Below, one piece after another: positions 46,958 to 58,000 of a stretch of DNA of 61,929 nucleotides. The stretch lies in assembly GCA_012798865.1 (NCBI GenBank), contig JAAZMK010000005.1, forward strand, positions 1-61,929. The letters run 5' to 3'. The DNA is from Clostridiaceae bacterium (lineage in GTDB: Bacteria > Bacillota > Clostridia > Saccharofermentanales > DTU023). A program made the position numbers and the translations under genes. Under the pieces are notes generated by a model, which was not told where the DNA came from, searched no databases, and saw only the letters and a list, made by a program, of their open reading frames with translations. Each line of letters starts with the position of its first letter. Position 1 is the first letter of the stretch.

Positions 46958-48154
46958 TTAGAACAGTCGATAGAATTCGTCGACCAGTTCTTCATAGTTT
47001 CCGAGAACGATCATATGATGGTTCGCGATTGGTTTCGTTGTGAAGTAATCAAGTCCTTTCGGAATTTCGAGTGAGATTTGCGTGCGGCACAAGTTGCCCT
47101 CATGCATGCTGGTGATAATGCGCCCGTCCGCCGCGAAGTATGTCTCAAAATCCTCACGACATTTGAACACCGTGCAGGCGTCAGCGGGAAGATCCGCCGC
47201 GACCGAAATTCCAAGACCGCTCTCAAAGTGAGTCGTAAGTTTGTATTTCTCCGTCATATCGAGCGGCAGGATGCAGTGCGCAAATACGATTTCTTTCTTG
47301 GCGTGGTACAGTCTCGACGGGTTCGCCATGAAGACGGGCTGTCCGGTCAATTCTCCGATGACGACCATCGAAACAAGCGAACGGCTGTCGCCCTCGCACG
47401 CCGCCCAAATTCCTTCCGCATTGAGTATACCGAGCGCGAGACATCCGGTAATGCATGTCGGCTCAAGCAAATCGAAACAGCGCAACGTGATCGCGTCAAG
47501 CGCATAGCGATCAACAATCCTTCGACATGCGCCGTAAACATTGAGCGCTCTTTCCATCTCGTCCTTGTCGTATCCCATGCCTTTCAGGCGGAGTGTCCAC
47601 TCATTGTCCTCATGGGTGTGCTTTTCCCACTCGGCAAAGATTTCCGACATCGGAACATGAACAAGCTCCATCCCGCTCCGCTCGCGCAAAAGTTCCCCAT
47701 CGACGGGAGCGCCGATGAGCCAGTCGGACTCGCCGGTGACACCGAGACGCATGCCCTTCAGTTTTTCCTTCGTTTCGACAGCTCTCATCAGAATGCGAAT
47801 GCGGCGAGCGAGTTCATCGGGATCACCGTGCAGGATCTCGCCGCTACGACCCTGTTCGCCGAGGAACGAGAGAATCTCCATCGAAGCGGCAAGCGAGTTA
47901 TGCGCACGCTGCGTCAGAAGATAATACGGACCTTCCACTTTGTCGTACACCGCACGGAACAGCATCTCCGAACCGCCTGAACCGATATAGAATAATCTCA
48001 GGGGTTGAGCGGCGAAGACATCGAAATCTTCCGTAAACTCAAGTTCAGAACCGAGCTCCCTCTCAATTTTCTTGAGCTGATCCTTGCACATATTCGTCAA
48101 GTAAGGATCGCGATTGTCTTCCGGTGCTTTGATAAGCCAAACATACTTTTTCAT
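46958..48154 (-). CDS. L-fucose/L-arabinose isomerase-like family protein; substrate unknown
   Basis: 398 aa. TLRCFDLL....TGCLALGILNAEGIWAACEGDSRSLVSM resembles the isomerase core. Confidence 0.5.
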   Translation of the reverse strand: MKKYVWLIKAPEDNRDPYLTNMCKDQLKKIERELGSELEFTEDFDVFAAQPLRLFYIGSGGSEMLFRAVYDKVEGPYYLLTQRAHNSLAASMEILSFLGEQGRSGEILHGDPDELARRIRILMRAVETKEKLKGMRLGVTGESDWLIGAPVDGELLRERSGMELVHVPMSEIFAEWEKHTHEDNEWTLRLKGMGYDKDEMERALNVYGACRRIVDRYALDAITLRCFDLLEPTCITGCLALGILNAEGIWAACEGDSRSLVSMVVIGELTGQPVFMANPSRLYHAKKEIVFAHCILPLDMTEKYKLTTHFESGLGISVAADLPADACTVFKCREDFETYFAADGRIITSMHEGNLCRTQISLEIPKGLDYFTTKPIANHHMIVLGNYEELVDEFYRLF

Positions 48155-48290
48155 AGTGATTTCCTTCTTTTCTTTTATGTTGGTAATATGCTCTACAGAA
48201 ATGCCTCAGAGGACAACTCCATTATCTCAAGAATGTTACTGCAGGAATATGTGGTCCAGGTACACGGATAAACAATCCGGGACTTTGTCT

Positions 48291-49313
48291 CTACTCCACG
48301 AAGAATCCTTTAAATAACTGGTCGAACAAATCGTTGACGTGCTGTTGCGTTTCAACTGAAAGTTGTTCATATCGTCGCAACAGCTCGCGTCCTGTATCAG
48401 TCAAGGTGCTGCTGCCGCCTTCCTGACCTCCCGGTTTGCGGACGATTACATTTTCACCCAGCTGTTCTTCGAGGAGATTCAGAATCTGCCACCCTTTGCT
48501 GTAGGAAAGCTTCATCCGCTGACATGCCATACGCACCGATCCTGTCTCGTCAATCAGACGTAACAGCACGGCGGGACCAGGACCAAAAAAGACTTTTTCG
48601 CGCGCGAGACTGAGTTTGAAGCGCACACGCATCGGCAATTTCATCGCATCTTCCGGGTATGACTCGCAATCCTCGAGAAAATCCGTCGTTATCGACTCGG
48701 GCAAAACCCCCCGATCGTCGAGTGCGATCCGCTCGACCACCCCGGGAACTAGCGTGATGAGTTCCTCAAATGTCTGACCTTTTTCCGCTCGAGCGAGCTG
48801 TTGGACGGTATCTTTACGAATGACAATCGGCAAGCCGTCTTCTCCCTCGTAGACGGGAACGGCAACACTTGACGGTGAAACGAGAAGCCGCGTCAATGTC
48901 GTTGTGTCGACGGACGGAATCAAGGGTGTCATAAGAAAGATCTTCTCGCAGTCTCTACACGTTCTGTCGATGTAAGAGAGTCCCTTGATCGCATCGTCAA
49001 ATAAAGTCGAACTGCGCCAATGAGGATTATGGAGGCTGACGACATTCATTCTGACAAGGTGTTTTTCCAAGTTGCTGTTCTTGAAACCGGTAATCACGAC
49101 GATCGGCGCAATTCCCGCCGTCTGCAGTCGGATAATCACGCGTTCAATCAAGCTGATTTTTCCGATACGGATTAAAGCGGGCAGGACTTGTTGATCCTCC
49201 CCGAGACCTGTCACCGATTCGGGTCGCTCCAACGGTCGCGACGCGACAATTATAGCGGAGGCGCGCGGCAACTCTTCTCTCGTGACTGAACAATTATCTT
49301 TAGACGAGTCCAT
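48291..49313 (-). CDS. MobA/MocA-like nucleotidyltransferase domain fused to a ModE/LysR-type winged-helix domain
   Basis: The N-terminal half resembles an NTP_transf_3 domain (AIIVAS...LIERVIIRLQTAGIAPIVVITG). The C-terminal GPGPAVLLRLIDETGSVRMACQRMKLSYSKGWQILNLLEEQLG is a ModE-N-like HTH. Confidence 0.65.
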   Translation of the reverse strand: MDSSKDNCSVTREELPRASAIIVASRPLERPESVTGLGEDQQVLPALIRIGKISLIERVIIRLQTAGIAPIVVITGFKNSNLEKHLVRMNVVSLHNPHWRSSTLFDDAIKGLSYIDRTCRDCEKIFLMTPLIPSVDTTTLTRLLVSPSSVAVPVYEGEDGLPIVIRKDTVQQLARAEKGQTFEELITLVPGVVERIALDDRGVLPESITTDFLEDCESYPEDAMKLPMRVRFKLSLAREKVFFGPGPAVLLRLIDETGSVRMACQRMKLSYSKGWQILNLLEEQLGENVIVRKPGGQEGGSSTLTDTGRELLRRYEQLSVETQQHVNDLFDQLFKGFFVE

Positions 49314-49340
49314 TAAGCGCTCCTCCGTGCAATGTGGTTA

Positions 49341-51908
49341 TTATTTCGCTTTGCGGTAGAACGTATCCTCCATAGGCAAGCTCTTCCTCATCTTGCCATC
49401 GAGTCTGTAATAAGCGTGCGCTACTGCCGGCGCGATCGGTACACAGGCGAGCTCTCCGACACCGCGTGCACCGAATGCGTGGTCTACGTAGCCGGGACCT
49501 CGCACGATGTGCGTCTCGATCTCCGGGACGCGATTGGCGCGGAACAGACCGTATGTGCCGAGCTTGAAGTTCGGAATGCCGCCCTCATTGTCGAAGTATT
49601 CCGTCAAAGCGTAGCCGAGACTCATCACACAGCCGCCTTCAATCTGACCTTCAACGGCCTGAATGTTGATCGGCGTTCCGAGGTCGTACGCTCCGACCAT
49701 CTTCTCAAGCTTGCCTTTTTCGTCGATGATCGCGACTTCACAACCGTAACTATACCCTATATGACTGACGGGATTGTCCTTTGGAGAACCCATAGGATCG
49801 GTCGGCGGACCGAACTCACCGAAGAATTCGCGTCCTTCTAATGCCGCCAAGTCGCCGTCCGCCTCATCGAGCGCCTTCTTCAGATCAAGCGCCGCTCGAC
49901 GCGTCGCCTCACCCGTAAACAAGGTCTGCCTGGACGCTGTACTCGTTCCGGCATCGGGCGTGCGATCAGTAAACGGCTTTTCGAAGACGGTGTCCGAAGG
50001 GCGACAGCCGATTGCCTGGCAAGCGATCGTCGTCATCACTTGCGCGATCCCCTGACCGGTACACGCCGCGGATGTTCTGATATGAATCTTTCCGTTTTCG
50101 ACAGACAGTGTGCAGCGACCGAAGTCGGGCAGACCGACACCGATACCGCTGTTTTTGAACCCGCATGCGATACCGGCATAAGGACTCGATTCGTACGCGT
50201 CGCGGACTGCTTCGAGACACTCCGCCAGACCGCAGCTTTCATCGACAATCTGTCCGTTCGGCAGGACATCGCCGGGGCGAACAACATTCAGATAACGGAA
50301 CTCCCACGGATCCATGCCAATCTTGTCAGCGAGCAAATTGAGGTTGCACTCAAACGCGTAGCAGCTCTGGGTAACGCCGAAACCGCGAAATGCGCCGGAA
50401 ACAACGTTGTTCGTATAGACGGCTTTCCCTTTGATATCGACATTTTGGAAATTGTAAGGACCTCCGGCGTGCGTGCAGGCGCGCTGCGTAACGGGTCCGC
50501 CAAGCGAAGCGTACGCGCCCGTATCGGCGACGATGTCGGCGATCAGCGCCGTCAAGCGTCCATTTTCATCGCAAGCCGTTGTCATCGTCATCGTCATCGG
50601 ATGGCGTTTAGTATGGACAAGCGTACTTGTGTAGCGGTCGAGCTTCACGTGGACATAACGCCCTGTCTTCCATGCGAGAAGCGCCGCATGGTGCTGGACG
50701 CTCATGTCCTCGCGACCGCCGAAAGCGCCGCCGACTAACCCTGACCTGACATGAACCTTGCTCGGGTCAATTTTCAGCATATTCGAAATTTCGCGTTGTT
50801 CATCGTAGATGGACTGCGAAGCGGTGATCATGTTAACGCCGCCGTCATCGGAAGGCCACGCGATGGCGCATTCCGTCTCAAGGAATGCGTGCTCCTCCCA
50901 CGAAACTTTGTACGTCTCCGTAACCGTATACGCCGCCTCCGCGACGGCCTTATGCGCGTCTCCGCGCACGAGGTGTTCATTCGACAGGATATTGCCTCCG
51001 GGATGAAGTTTAGGGGCATCGTCTTTCATCGCGTCAAACGGATCGAGCACGGGCGTCAGCACCGTATACTCGACTTCGATCAAGTCGAGCACTTCCTGAA
51101 GGCTTTCGCGCTTATTTGTCGCGACAAGCGCGATGGCGTCACCGACAAAGCGCGTAACATCGCCTTCGCGGATCATGACATCCCAGTCCTGCACGATGTG
51201 ACCGATCTTGTTTTCCGGCACGTCATCGGCTGTCAGGACGGTGACACAATCGGGATGCTCCAACGCTTTCGAGATATCGATGCGGTCGATGCGGACACGA
51301 GGATATTTCGGACGTAGCGCCTGTCCGTAGATCATGCCGTCGAATCGATAATCGTCGGGGAATTTCCCTATCCCGAGTACTTTCTCCGCGACGTCGATGC
51401 GATGAGACCTGTCGCTGAGCGACGCACTATCCGGCAGCGCCTCGACGGGTTCTCCCGTCCTCAATAATTTCGCTGCGAGCTCAATCGCCTCGAAAATTTT
51501 CTTGTATCCCGTGCAGCGACAGAGATTCCCGACGAGCGCCCTTTGGATCTCTTCGCGTGTCGGATCCGGGTTTTTGTCGAGAAGTACTTTGGCGGCAATC
51601 ACCATGCCGGGTGTGCAGTAACCGCACTGTACGGCCCCCGCCTCGCCGAACGCGTAGACGTAGACCTCCTTCTCTCTCTGAGAAAGACCCTCCACCGTCG
51701 TGACGGAACAACCGTCAAATCTCGAGACTTTCTGGATACATGCCTTGACAAGCTTGCCATCAACAATGACGGAACACGTCCCACACGCGCCCTCGCTGCA
51801 ACCGTCCTTGACAGACATCAGGAGGAGATCGTCTCGCAGAAAATCAATCAGCCGCTTGTCCTCATTGACTGTATGTGTTTGGTTGTTAACCGTTAAAGTC
51901 CATGACAT
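49341..51908 (-). CDS. xdhD: Selenium-dependent molybdenum hydroxylase, XdhD-like (fused 2Fe-2S + molybdopterin-binding subunit)
   Basis: N-terminal CSEGACGTCSV and CRCTGY 2Fe-2S motifs, then an aldehyde oxidase/xanthine dehydrogenase Moco domain (GGAFGGRE). AGAGGTGA lies upstream of ATG 51908. Confidence 0.85.
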   Translation of the reverse strand: MSWTLTVNNQTHTVNEDKRLIDFLRDDLLLMSVKDGCSEGACGTCSVIVDGKLVKACIQKVSRFDGCSVTTVEGLSQREKEVYVYAFGEAGAVQCGYCTPGMVIAAKVLLDKNPDPTREEIQRALVGNLCRCTGYKKIFEAIELAAKLLRTGEPVEALPDSASLSDRSHRIDVAEKVLGIGKFPDDYRFDGMIYGQALRPKYPRVRIDRIDISKALEHPDCVTVLTADDVPENKIGHIVQDWDVMIREGDVTRFVGDAIALVATNKRESLQEVLDLIEVEYTVLTPVLDPFDAMKDDAPKLHPGGNILSNEHLVRGDAHKAVAEAAYTVTETYKVSWEEHAFLETECAIAWPSDDGGVNMITASQSIYDEQREISNMLKIDPSKVHVRSGLVGGAFGGREDMSVQHHAALLAWKTGRYVHVKLDRYTSTLVHTKRHPMTMTMTTACDENGRLTALIADIVADTGAYASLGGPVTQRACTHAGGPYNFQNVDIKGKAVYTNNVVSGAFRGFGVTQSCYAFECNLNLLADKIGMDPWEFRYLNVVRPGDVLPNGQIVDESCGLAECLEAVRDAYESSPYAGIACGFKNSGIGVGLPDFGRCTLSVENGKIHIRTSAACTGQGIAQVMTTIACQAIGCRPSDTVFEKPFTDRTPDAGTSTASRQTLFTGEATRRAALDLKKALDEADGDLAALEGREFFGEFGPPTDPMGSPKDNPVSHIGYSYGCEVAIIDEKGKLEKMVGAYDLGTPINIQAVEGQIEGGCVMSLGYALTEYFDNEGGIPNFKLGTYGLFRANRVPEIETHIVRGPGYVDHAFGARGVGELACVPIAPAVAHAYYRLDGKMRKSLPMEDTFYRKAK

Positions 51909-51952
51909 AAATTTCACCTCTTTTTCAGACCTTAATGATTGTAAAGACTATT

Positions 51953-53356
51953 TTATCGGATCGTTACATCCGGTAAACCTCTCCTCAAATACTGACCGTC
52001 AGAGTCTCTCACTACAACGTTTCCGGATATAACTTTGCGGTTGCCTCGCAGGAATACGTCTCGAACCTTCCCCTTGAGGGAGAATCCTTCATACGGCGTG
52101 TAGTCGCAGTTTTCATGTAAGAGATCGGACGTGACCGTCCATTCCGTCTTCGGGTCAAAAACAACGATATCGGCATCGCTACCGACTTGTAAGATGCCTT
52201 TTCTCGGGAATAATCCGAAGTACTTGGCAGCATTCGTCGATGTGACGACAGAGAAGCGGTTGATATCCATACGTCCTCCGGCGACTCCGCATGAATACAT
52301 GAGATTCATGCGCAATTCGATTCCCGGCGCACCGTTAGGAATCTTTGAGAAATCTTCGCGACCCATTTCCTTTTGACCTTTGAAGTTAAAGGAGCAATGA
52401 TCCGTACCGACAAACTGGATATCACCGGATGCCAACCCCTGCCACAACGCTTCTTGGTCGCGACGCTCGCGGAGCGGCGGGCTCATGATAAATTTAGCGG
52501 ATTCAAAATTGTGCTCCTCCGGCGTCCCGTAACGGGAGCGATCGAGCAGGAGATACTGCGGACACGTCTCCACGATGACATCATTGCCGCGCTCTCTGGC
52601 GCGGAGAACGCTCGATAAACCACGAGCCGTCGAAAGATGCACGATGTAATGATTGGTGTGGAGTAGAGAAACGACCGTCTCAAGGCGGTCAATCGCCTCG
52701 GCTTCAAGTTCGGGCGGTCGCGTCATCTGATGGTAGTACGGCGTGAGGTTGCCTGCTTCCCTGATCCGTCGGGTGAACAAGTCGATGAGAAGTCCGTTCT
52801 CACAATGGAAACCGATCGTCGCGCCCAACTTCCCGGCTTCTTCAAGCGCCTCGTAGATCTCGTCCTCCTGCACCATCATCCTTCCCTTGTACGCCATATA
52901 CATCTTGAAGGAGGTGATGCCGTCGGCAACGATCGAAGCCATTTCGTTTTTCAAATTGTCGTTCCACTCCGTCAACGCCATATGAAAGCCGTAATCGATC
53001 GCCGACCGTCCGTCAGCCTTCTCATGCCAGCGCTCAAGACCGCGTGCCATCGATTCGCCATGGAATTGCGTGGCAAAGTCAAGGACGGTCGTCGTGCCGC
53101 CCGCCAAGGCCGCCAATGTCCCGGTCTTGAAGTCGTCGGCGGTGACCGTTCCCATCGACTCCAAATCGAGATGCGTATGCGTCTCAATCCCCCCGGGAAG
53201 AAAATAGCAATCGGAACAGTCGATAATCTCCTCATGATCGAGGGGAACGATGTCACCTAAAGCCTCAATCACTTCGCCGCGGATGCGTATGCTGCCCTTG
53301 ACGGTCTCGTCGGGCAGAACGATGTAGCCGTCCTTCAGAAGCGTGCTGTGTTCCAT
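51953..53356 (-). CDS. hyuA: D-hydantoinase/dihydropyrimidinase-family amidohydrolase (HyuA-like)
   Basis: GGIETHTHLD, FKMYMAYKG, HCENG and GTDHCSF are cyclic amidohydrolase motifs. Confidence 0.85.
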   Translation of the reverse strand: MEHSTLLKDGYIVLPDETVKGSIRIRGEVIEALGDIVPLDHEEIIDCSDCYFLPGGIETHTHLDLESMGTVTADDFKTGTLAALAGGTTTVLDFATQFHGESMARGLERWHEKADGRSAIDYGFHMALTEWNDNLKNEMASIVADGITSFKMYMAYKGRMMVQEDEIYEALEEAGKLGATIGFHCENGLLIDLFTRRIREAGNLTPYYHQMTRPPELEAEAIDRLETVVSLLHTNHYIVHLSTARGLSSVLRARERGNDVIVETCPQYLLLDRSRYGTPEEHNFESAKFIMSPPLRERRDQEALWQGLASGDIQFVGTDHCSFNFKGQKEMGREDFSKIPNGAPGIELRMNLMYSCGVAGGRMDINRFSVVTSTNAAKYFGLFPRKGILQVGSDADIVVFDPKTEWTVTSDLLHENCDYTPYEGFSLKGKVRDVFLRGNRKVISGNVVVRDSDGQYLRRGLPDVTIR

Positions 53357-53543
53357 GTTATCTCCCACTCTCCACATTTTTGTTTCGAAGCCGGATTTTT
53401 GCTTCAGAATCCCATGAAAGCGACAGGCAAGATACCTCCCCGCTCGCGAGTGATTCTCGCTTCACAAGCAGGGTAGTACTTCGCCTTATCACATTGTATG
53501 GCGCAGAAACCTGTGTTTGGCTCCTGCGCCATATTAATATCAA

Positions 53544-54866
53544 TTATAGGTTCTTCCAAACTTCCGCGGCGCGAGCTTCCGTGCGCGCGTTAATCTTCTC
53601 GACGTCGACAGTGAGAATGGCGCGGTCTTTCATTACAACCTTGCCGTTGATGATCACGTCGTTCGTCATGCGACCGTAACAACCGAACAGGATATGTCCT
53701 CTCCAGTTGTCTGCGCCGAATGGCGTGAACGGTGCGTAGTCGAGTGTAATAATGTCGGCGTAAGCTCCCGGTTTCAGCATGCCGAGCGGGCGTTTGAAGT
53801 GCTTCGCACAGATGGCGGGGTTGTTGTCAAACTGCAACTGCAATGCTTGACCGAATCCGACCGTCGGATCGGAGAGTCTGTAAGACTGCAAGATCTTCGA
53901 CACTTTGACCGATTCGAACATATCATGCGTGTACGCGTCGGTACCCATGCCTAGACGAATGCCGCGCGCCAACATTCCGATCACCGGCGTCGCACCGACG
54001 GCATTGCCCATGTTAGACATCGGGTTGTGGACGACAGTCGTATCCGTCTCCGCAAGGATGTCGAGTTCGCGGCCGTTGACGTGGACGGCATGGACAGCGA
54101 TCGATTTCGGACCGAGCATATTCCATCCTAGCAATCGCTCCACGACGCGGCAGTCATATTTCTTCAGGCTGTCATACTGGTCTTCGCGACCTTCACCTAC
54201 GTGAACGTGGTAGCCTGCGTCGATACCTTCCATCGATGTGACGATTTTTTCCATCGTCTTGTCGGAAATCGTAAAGGAGGCGTGCATACCGAACATGCCT
54301 TTGATCATGTCCTGATCGTCCGTATTCATCGCCTTGATGAAGTCGACATTCTCCTTGATCTCCGCATCCGTGATCTTTTCGCCGTCGCGATCGGAGACTT
54401 CCATCGAGAATGAACCGCGGATACCGATCTCTTTCGCCGCTTCTGCCAGAGCGAAGAGAGAACCTTTGGCGGCGTTCGGGCTCGCATGGTGGTCAAACAG
54501 CGTTGTCACACCGTTTTGAATACTTTCAATATACGTCGTGTACGCCGATAGCTCACAATCTTCCAGCGTCAGGCTGCGGTCGAGCGCCCACCACAAATTT
54601 TCCAGAATCTCCGGGAAATTGCGCGTCGGCTTCGATACGCCCATGCCGCGCGCGTAGGAGCTGTAGATGTGCGTATGCGCATTGATCATGCCCGGCATGA
54701 TAATGCGACCGCCGACGTCAAAGACTTCGTCATCGGGGAAACGCGCTTTTAAATCTTCGAAGTCGCCGACTTCTTCAATTAATTCACCGACGACGCGGAC
54801 AGCACCGTTTTTAAAATAAAGGTTGTCTTCACAGTTCGTAATTAATCTTCCGTTACCAATAATCAT
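53544..54866 (-). CDS. ssnA: SsnA-type putative aminohydrolase
   Basis: MPGMINAHTHIYSSYARGM, HVHVGEG and GTDAYTHDMFE. Gene context with ygfK and xdhD. Confidence 0.85.
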   Translation of the reverse strand: MIIGNGRLITNCEDNLYFKNGAVRVVGELIEEVGDFEDLKARFPDDEVFDVGGRIIMPGMINAHTHIYSSYARGMGVSKPTRNFPEILENLWWALDRSLTLEDCELSAYTTYIESIQNGVTTLFDHHASPNAAKGSLFALAEAAKEIGIRGSFSMEVSDRDGEKITDAEIKENVDFIKAMNTDDQDMIKGMFGMHASFTISDKTMEKIVTSMEGIDAGYHVHVGEGREDQYDSLKKYDCRVVERLLGWNMLGPKSIAVHAVHVNGRELDILAETDTTVVHNPMSNMGNAVGATPVIGMLARGIRLGMGTDAYTHDMFESVKVSKILQSYRLSDPTVGFGQALQLQFDNNPAICAKHFKRPLGMLKPGAYADIITLDYAPFTPFGADNWRGHILFGCYGRMTNDVIINGKVVMKDRAILTVDVEKINARTEARAAEVWKNL

Positions 54867-54967
54867 GTGGACCTCCTGATCCGTTTAGGATTCTCTTCAT
54901 CGCCGCCCCGCGCTCCAAGATGCGAGCGGGAGCGAGCGCACAATTTAATCATTTACATCTTTTAAAA

Positions 54968-55002
54968 GATGCCCCTTGCGACATTCCAGTCCGAGGGGCA
55001 TC
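54968..55002 (-). terminator. Rho-independent terminator downstream of ygfK
   Basis: On the minus strand, GATGCCCCT ... AGGGGCATC (9 bp) is followed by TTTTAAAAG. Confidence 0.7.
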
Positions 55003-55009
55003 ACTTCAA

Positions 55010-58000
55010 CTATTCACAACAAGCCTTATGGCACGCCGCGTTGTAAAGCCAAGGAGCCTTTTCGTTGACGGCGGCGATGACTTTCGACATACGCTCGTCG
55101 AGCTCATCGCCATCCGGAGCCGTATCGAACACGCGACCGTGCTCGTCTCGAATTCTGTACTTATCGTCCGCGAGCTTGAGGAAACCGATGTTCTCCGAAT
55201 CGGCGAAATCTTCCTCGCTCCAGAAGAGCGTCAGCTTGTCCTTGTAAGGTCTGCCGGCGTGCGGACAGAACGTCGCGCAGTTGCCGCACTCGTTACACAT
55301 GCCGTCCACGTGGACGATCTGCTCCGCAATGTCGAAGCCGTCCACGAGAATCGCCACATTGGCGCGGTTCGGGCAAACTTCAGTACAGATGCGGCAAATC
55401 TGATCACAGAGGAGACAGCGTTCGCCTTCCTTTTCAGGTGTAGATTGCGTTTCAACTAGGATTCCACGACGATCGACGACGACGCCCTCGTCTTTCGCGA
55501 CGAGAACGCGGTCGAAATTGTGTTTGAGATCTTCTTTTGCAAGAATATCGAGTACCGCTTTCTTCGCATCGCTCATCGCGGCGACGATCGTCGAAGGCCC
55601 CTTGCGGCAGTCACCGATGACATAGACGCCGTCGATGGAGGACTCCATCGCATCCGAGACGTACGGGTTGCCCCACTTATCGCAGGAGAGCTCCCAGTCG
55701 CGGAAGACCGATTGATCGACTCTCGCGCCCGTCGCTCCGATGACCGTGTCAAACTCCAGCGTGACCATCTCGCCCGTTCCGAGGCACGCCCTGCGCCCCG
55801 ATTCATCGAAACTGCCGAGACGCTGCTTTTCGCAGACGAGCTGTTTGCCGTCATAGCTGACCGGAGCAAGGAGTTCACGCCACTCGACACCTTCCGCCAT
55901 CGCCTCGTCGAACTCGTCCTGGCTTGCCGGAGCGTACATTTCCGTACGGCGATAGACGATCGTTACTTCGGGCGATCCGGGCATACGCTTCGCAAGGCGC
56001 GCGCAGTCCATCGCGACGTCTCCCGCGCCGACAACGGCGACTTTTTTCCCGAGATCGCGCGGACCGTCTTTCTTGACGGACAACAGGAAATCGAGAGAAT
56101 CCAAGACGTTTTCGCCGCCCTCGGTAACAGGTGAGCGCCCTTTCGCCCATGCGCCGATTGCCAACACGACGTAGTCGTATTTGTCTTTGAGTACGTCGAG
56201 CTTAACATTGGGATCGGCGTTGAAATGAAATTTCACGCCGGCAGCCTTTGCCAGCGCCAAGTCGCGGTCGATCTCTTCCTTTGAGATTCTGAACGAAGGA
56301 ATCGCATAGCGAACGATACCGTGCGATTCGGCTCTTTTCTCAAAGACATCGACGGCTACACCGTTGCGTGCCAGATAATATGCCGCCGCGATACCGCCGG
56401 GACCTGCGCCGATTACACATACTTTCTTGTCGGTGCGTACCGGTCTAGGTCTGAACGCAGCATTGTAGTTATCCTGAGCCTCGTCGGCAGCTTTCTTCTT
56501 AATGTCGCGCATATGGAGCGAGACGTCGTAATCGATGCGCGTGCAGTGTTCACGACACGGCTGAGCGCACAGAATGCCGGTGATTGTCGGGCACGCGTTG
56601 TCGATGGCGATCACGCGGAACGCCTCGTCGTAGTCGCCGCGAGCGACAAGCGTGTTGTACTCGGGAATTTGCTGGTTGATGGGACAGCCGCCGTCTTTAC
56701 ACGGCGCTTTGTAGCAGTCGTAAAGCGGGAGTTCCGAGTCTGTCTTACGCGACCAGACTTTCTCGCGCCAGCGTTTTTGCGTTCTCGGATCCTCGAGCAA
56801 CGATTGCGCCAGCGCTCTCAGCTTGGGAAGATCGATATCGCTGCTCTCGTTTCCGAGATAAGGTTCAGACTCCTCTGCCATCTGTTTAAAGCGCGCATAT
56901 CCTCCGGGTTTCAAGAGTGTCGTCGCGACGGTGACGGGACCGATGCCCGTCTCTAAGATGTTCGCCACATTCAATCCGTCGGCACCTCCCGCAAATGAAA
57001 CGGGGAGTTTCCCTTCGAACGCCTCCGACAATTTCAGCGCCAAGCTGATTGTCAGCGGCAAGAGAGAACGACCGGACATGTACATCTCTTCCGACGGCAC
57101 TTCGCCTCTCGTAACATCGACGGGACATGTATTTGTCAGTTTCACGCCGAACGCCAGCCCCTGTTCCCGACTCACCTTTGTCATGCGCTCGAAGATGCCG
57201 AGACCATCCTCATACTGCAAGTCGGCGAGAAAGTGTTTGTCCGGGAACGCAATATAGTCGTAGCCGAGATCGTCGAGCGTCTTTCTGACAAAGTCATAAC
57301 CGAGCATCGTCGGATTGCACTTGACGAATGTATGACAATGTTTCTCCGTCAACAGGTAATGCGCGATGCGCTCAATCTCCGCCGGCGGACATCCATGCAA
57401 GGTGGACAGCGTGATCTGATTAGAGATGTGAGGTGAAATTGCATCCACGACGCCTTTATCCACGCGCTCAAAGAGGTCCATGTGCCCCCTCAGAAAATCC
57501 ATGCACTCTTTGAAGATGGGCGTCTCGGACGCGTCCTTAAGTCCTTCAATGAAGTTGTCAATCTTCGGCAGCTTGATGCCTTCAAGGTCATAACCGACGC
57601 TCATGTTAAACGCAAAGTCATTGCCGTCCGAGATGCCGAATTCGACTGCCAGAACCTTCAGGGCAACCCACGCTTTAACGTACTCGTCAAATGCTTCTTG
57701 CACCGTCAACTCAGTCGACCATTCACAGTTGTAGCATTCGTCCTCCGCATTGATACAAGGCTTGGGGACCGCGTGTCTGATCTCCTCGCCGTCCATCTTC
57801 TGAACGGTCTTGAGCTCGATGAATCGAGCGCCCGCGAGATAAGAAACAATAATGTTCTGCGCCAGTTGTGAATGAGGACCGGCAGCGGGTCCGACAGGTG
57901 TCGCGATTTCGTCACCGAACGGCGTGCGGAAGCGCTTGTCACCTTTTGGGAAGTAAAACTTGCTCTTGTCGAGTCCAAATACGCGACCATTTTTCTTGTA

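Noticed and set aside
47078-47980. 300-aa ORF on the + strand, opposite the isomerase-like gene
   Set aside because: It has the same shadow-ORF features, and the minus-strand frame has the family-like motifs.
50040-50738. 232-aa ORF on the + strand inside the xdhD-like gene (similar ones at 49332-49841, 50751-51317 and 14854-15573)
   Set aside because: These are antisense to strongly supported CDSs, with Arg/Asp/Val-rich nonsense composition. Many such ORFs are expected at this GC content.
53378-53543. Purine/xanthine-type riboswitch in the intergenic regions of the purine cluster
   Set aside because: Hairpins exist (for example TGGCGCAG…CTGCGCCA at about 53490-53522), but nothing resembles the conserved guanine/xanthine riboswitch cores I know. 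They are more simply explained as weak terminators or promoter spacers.
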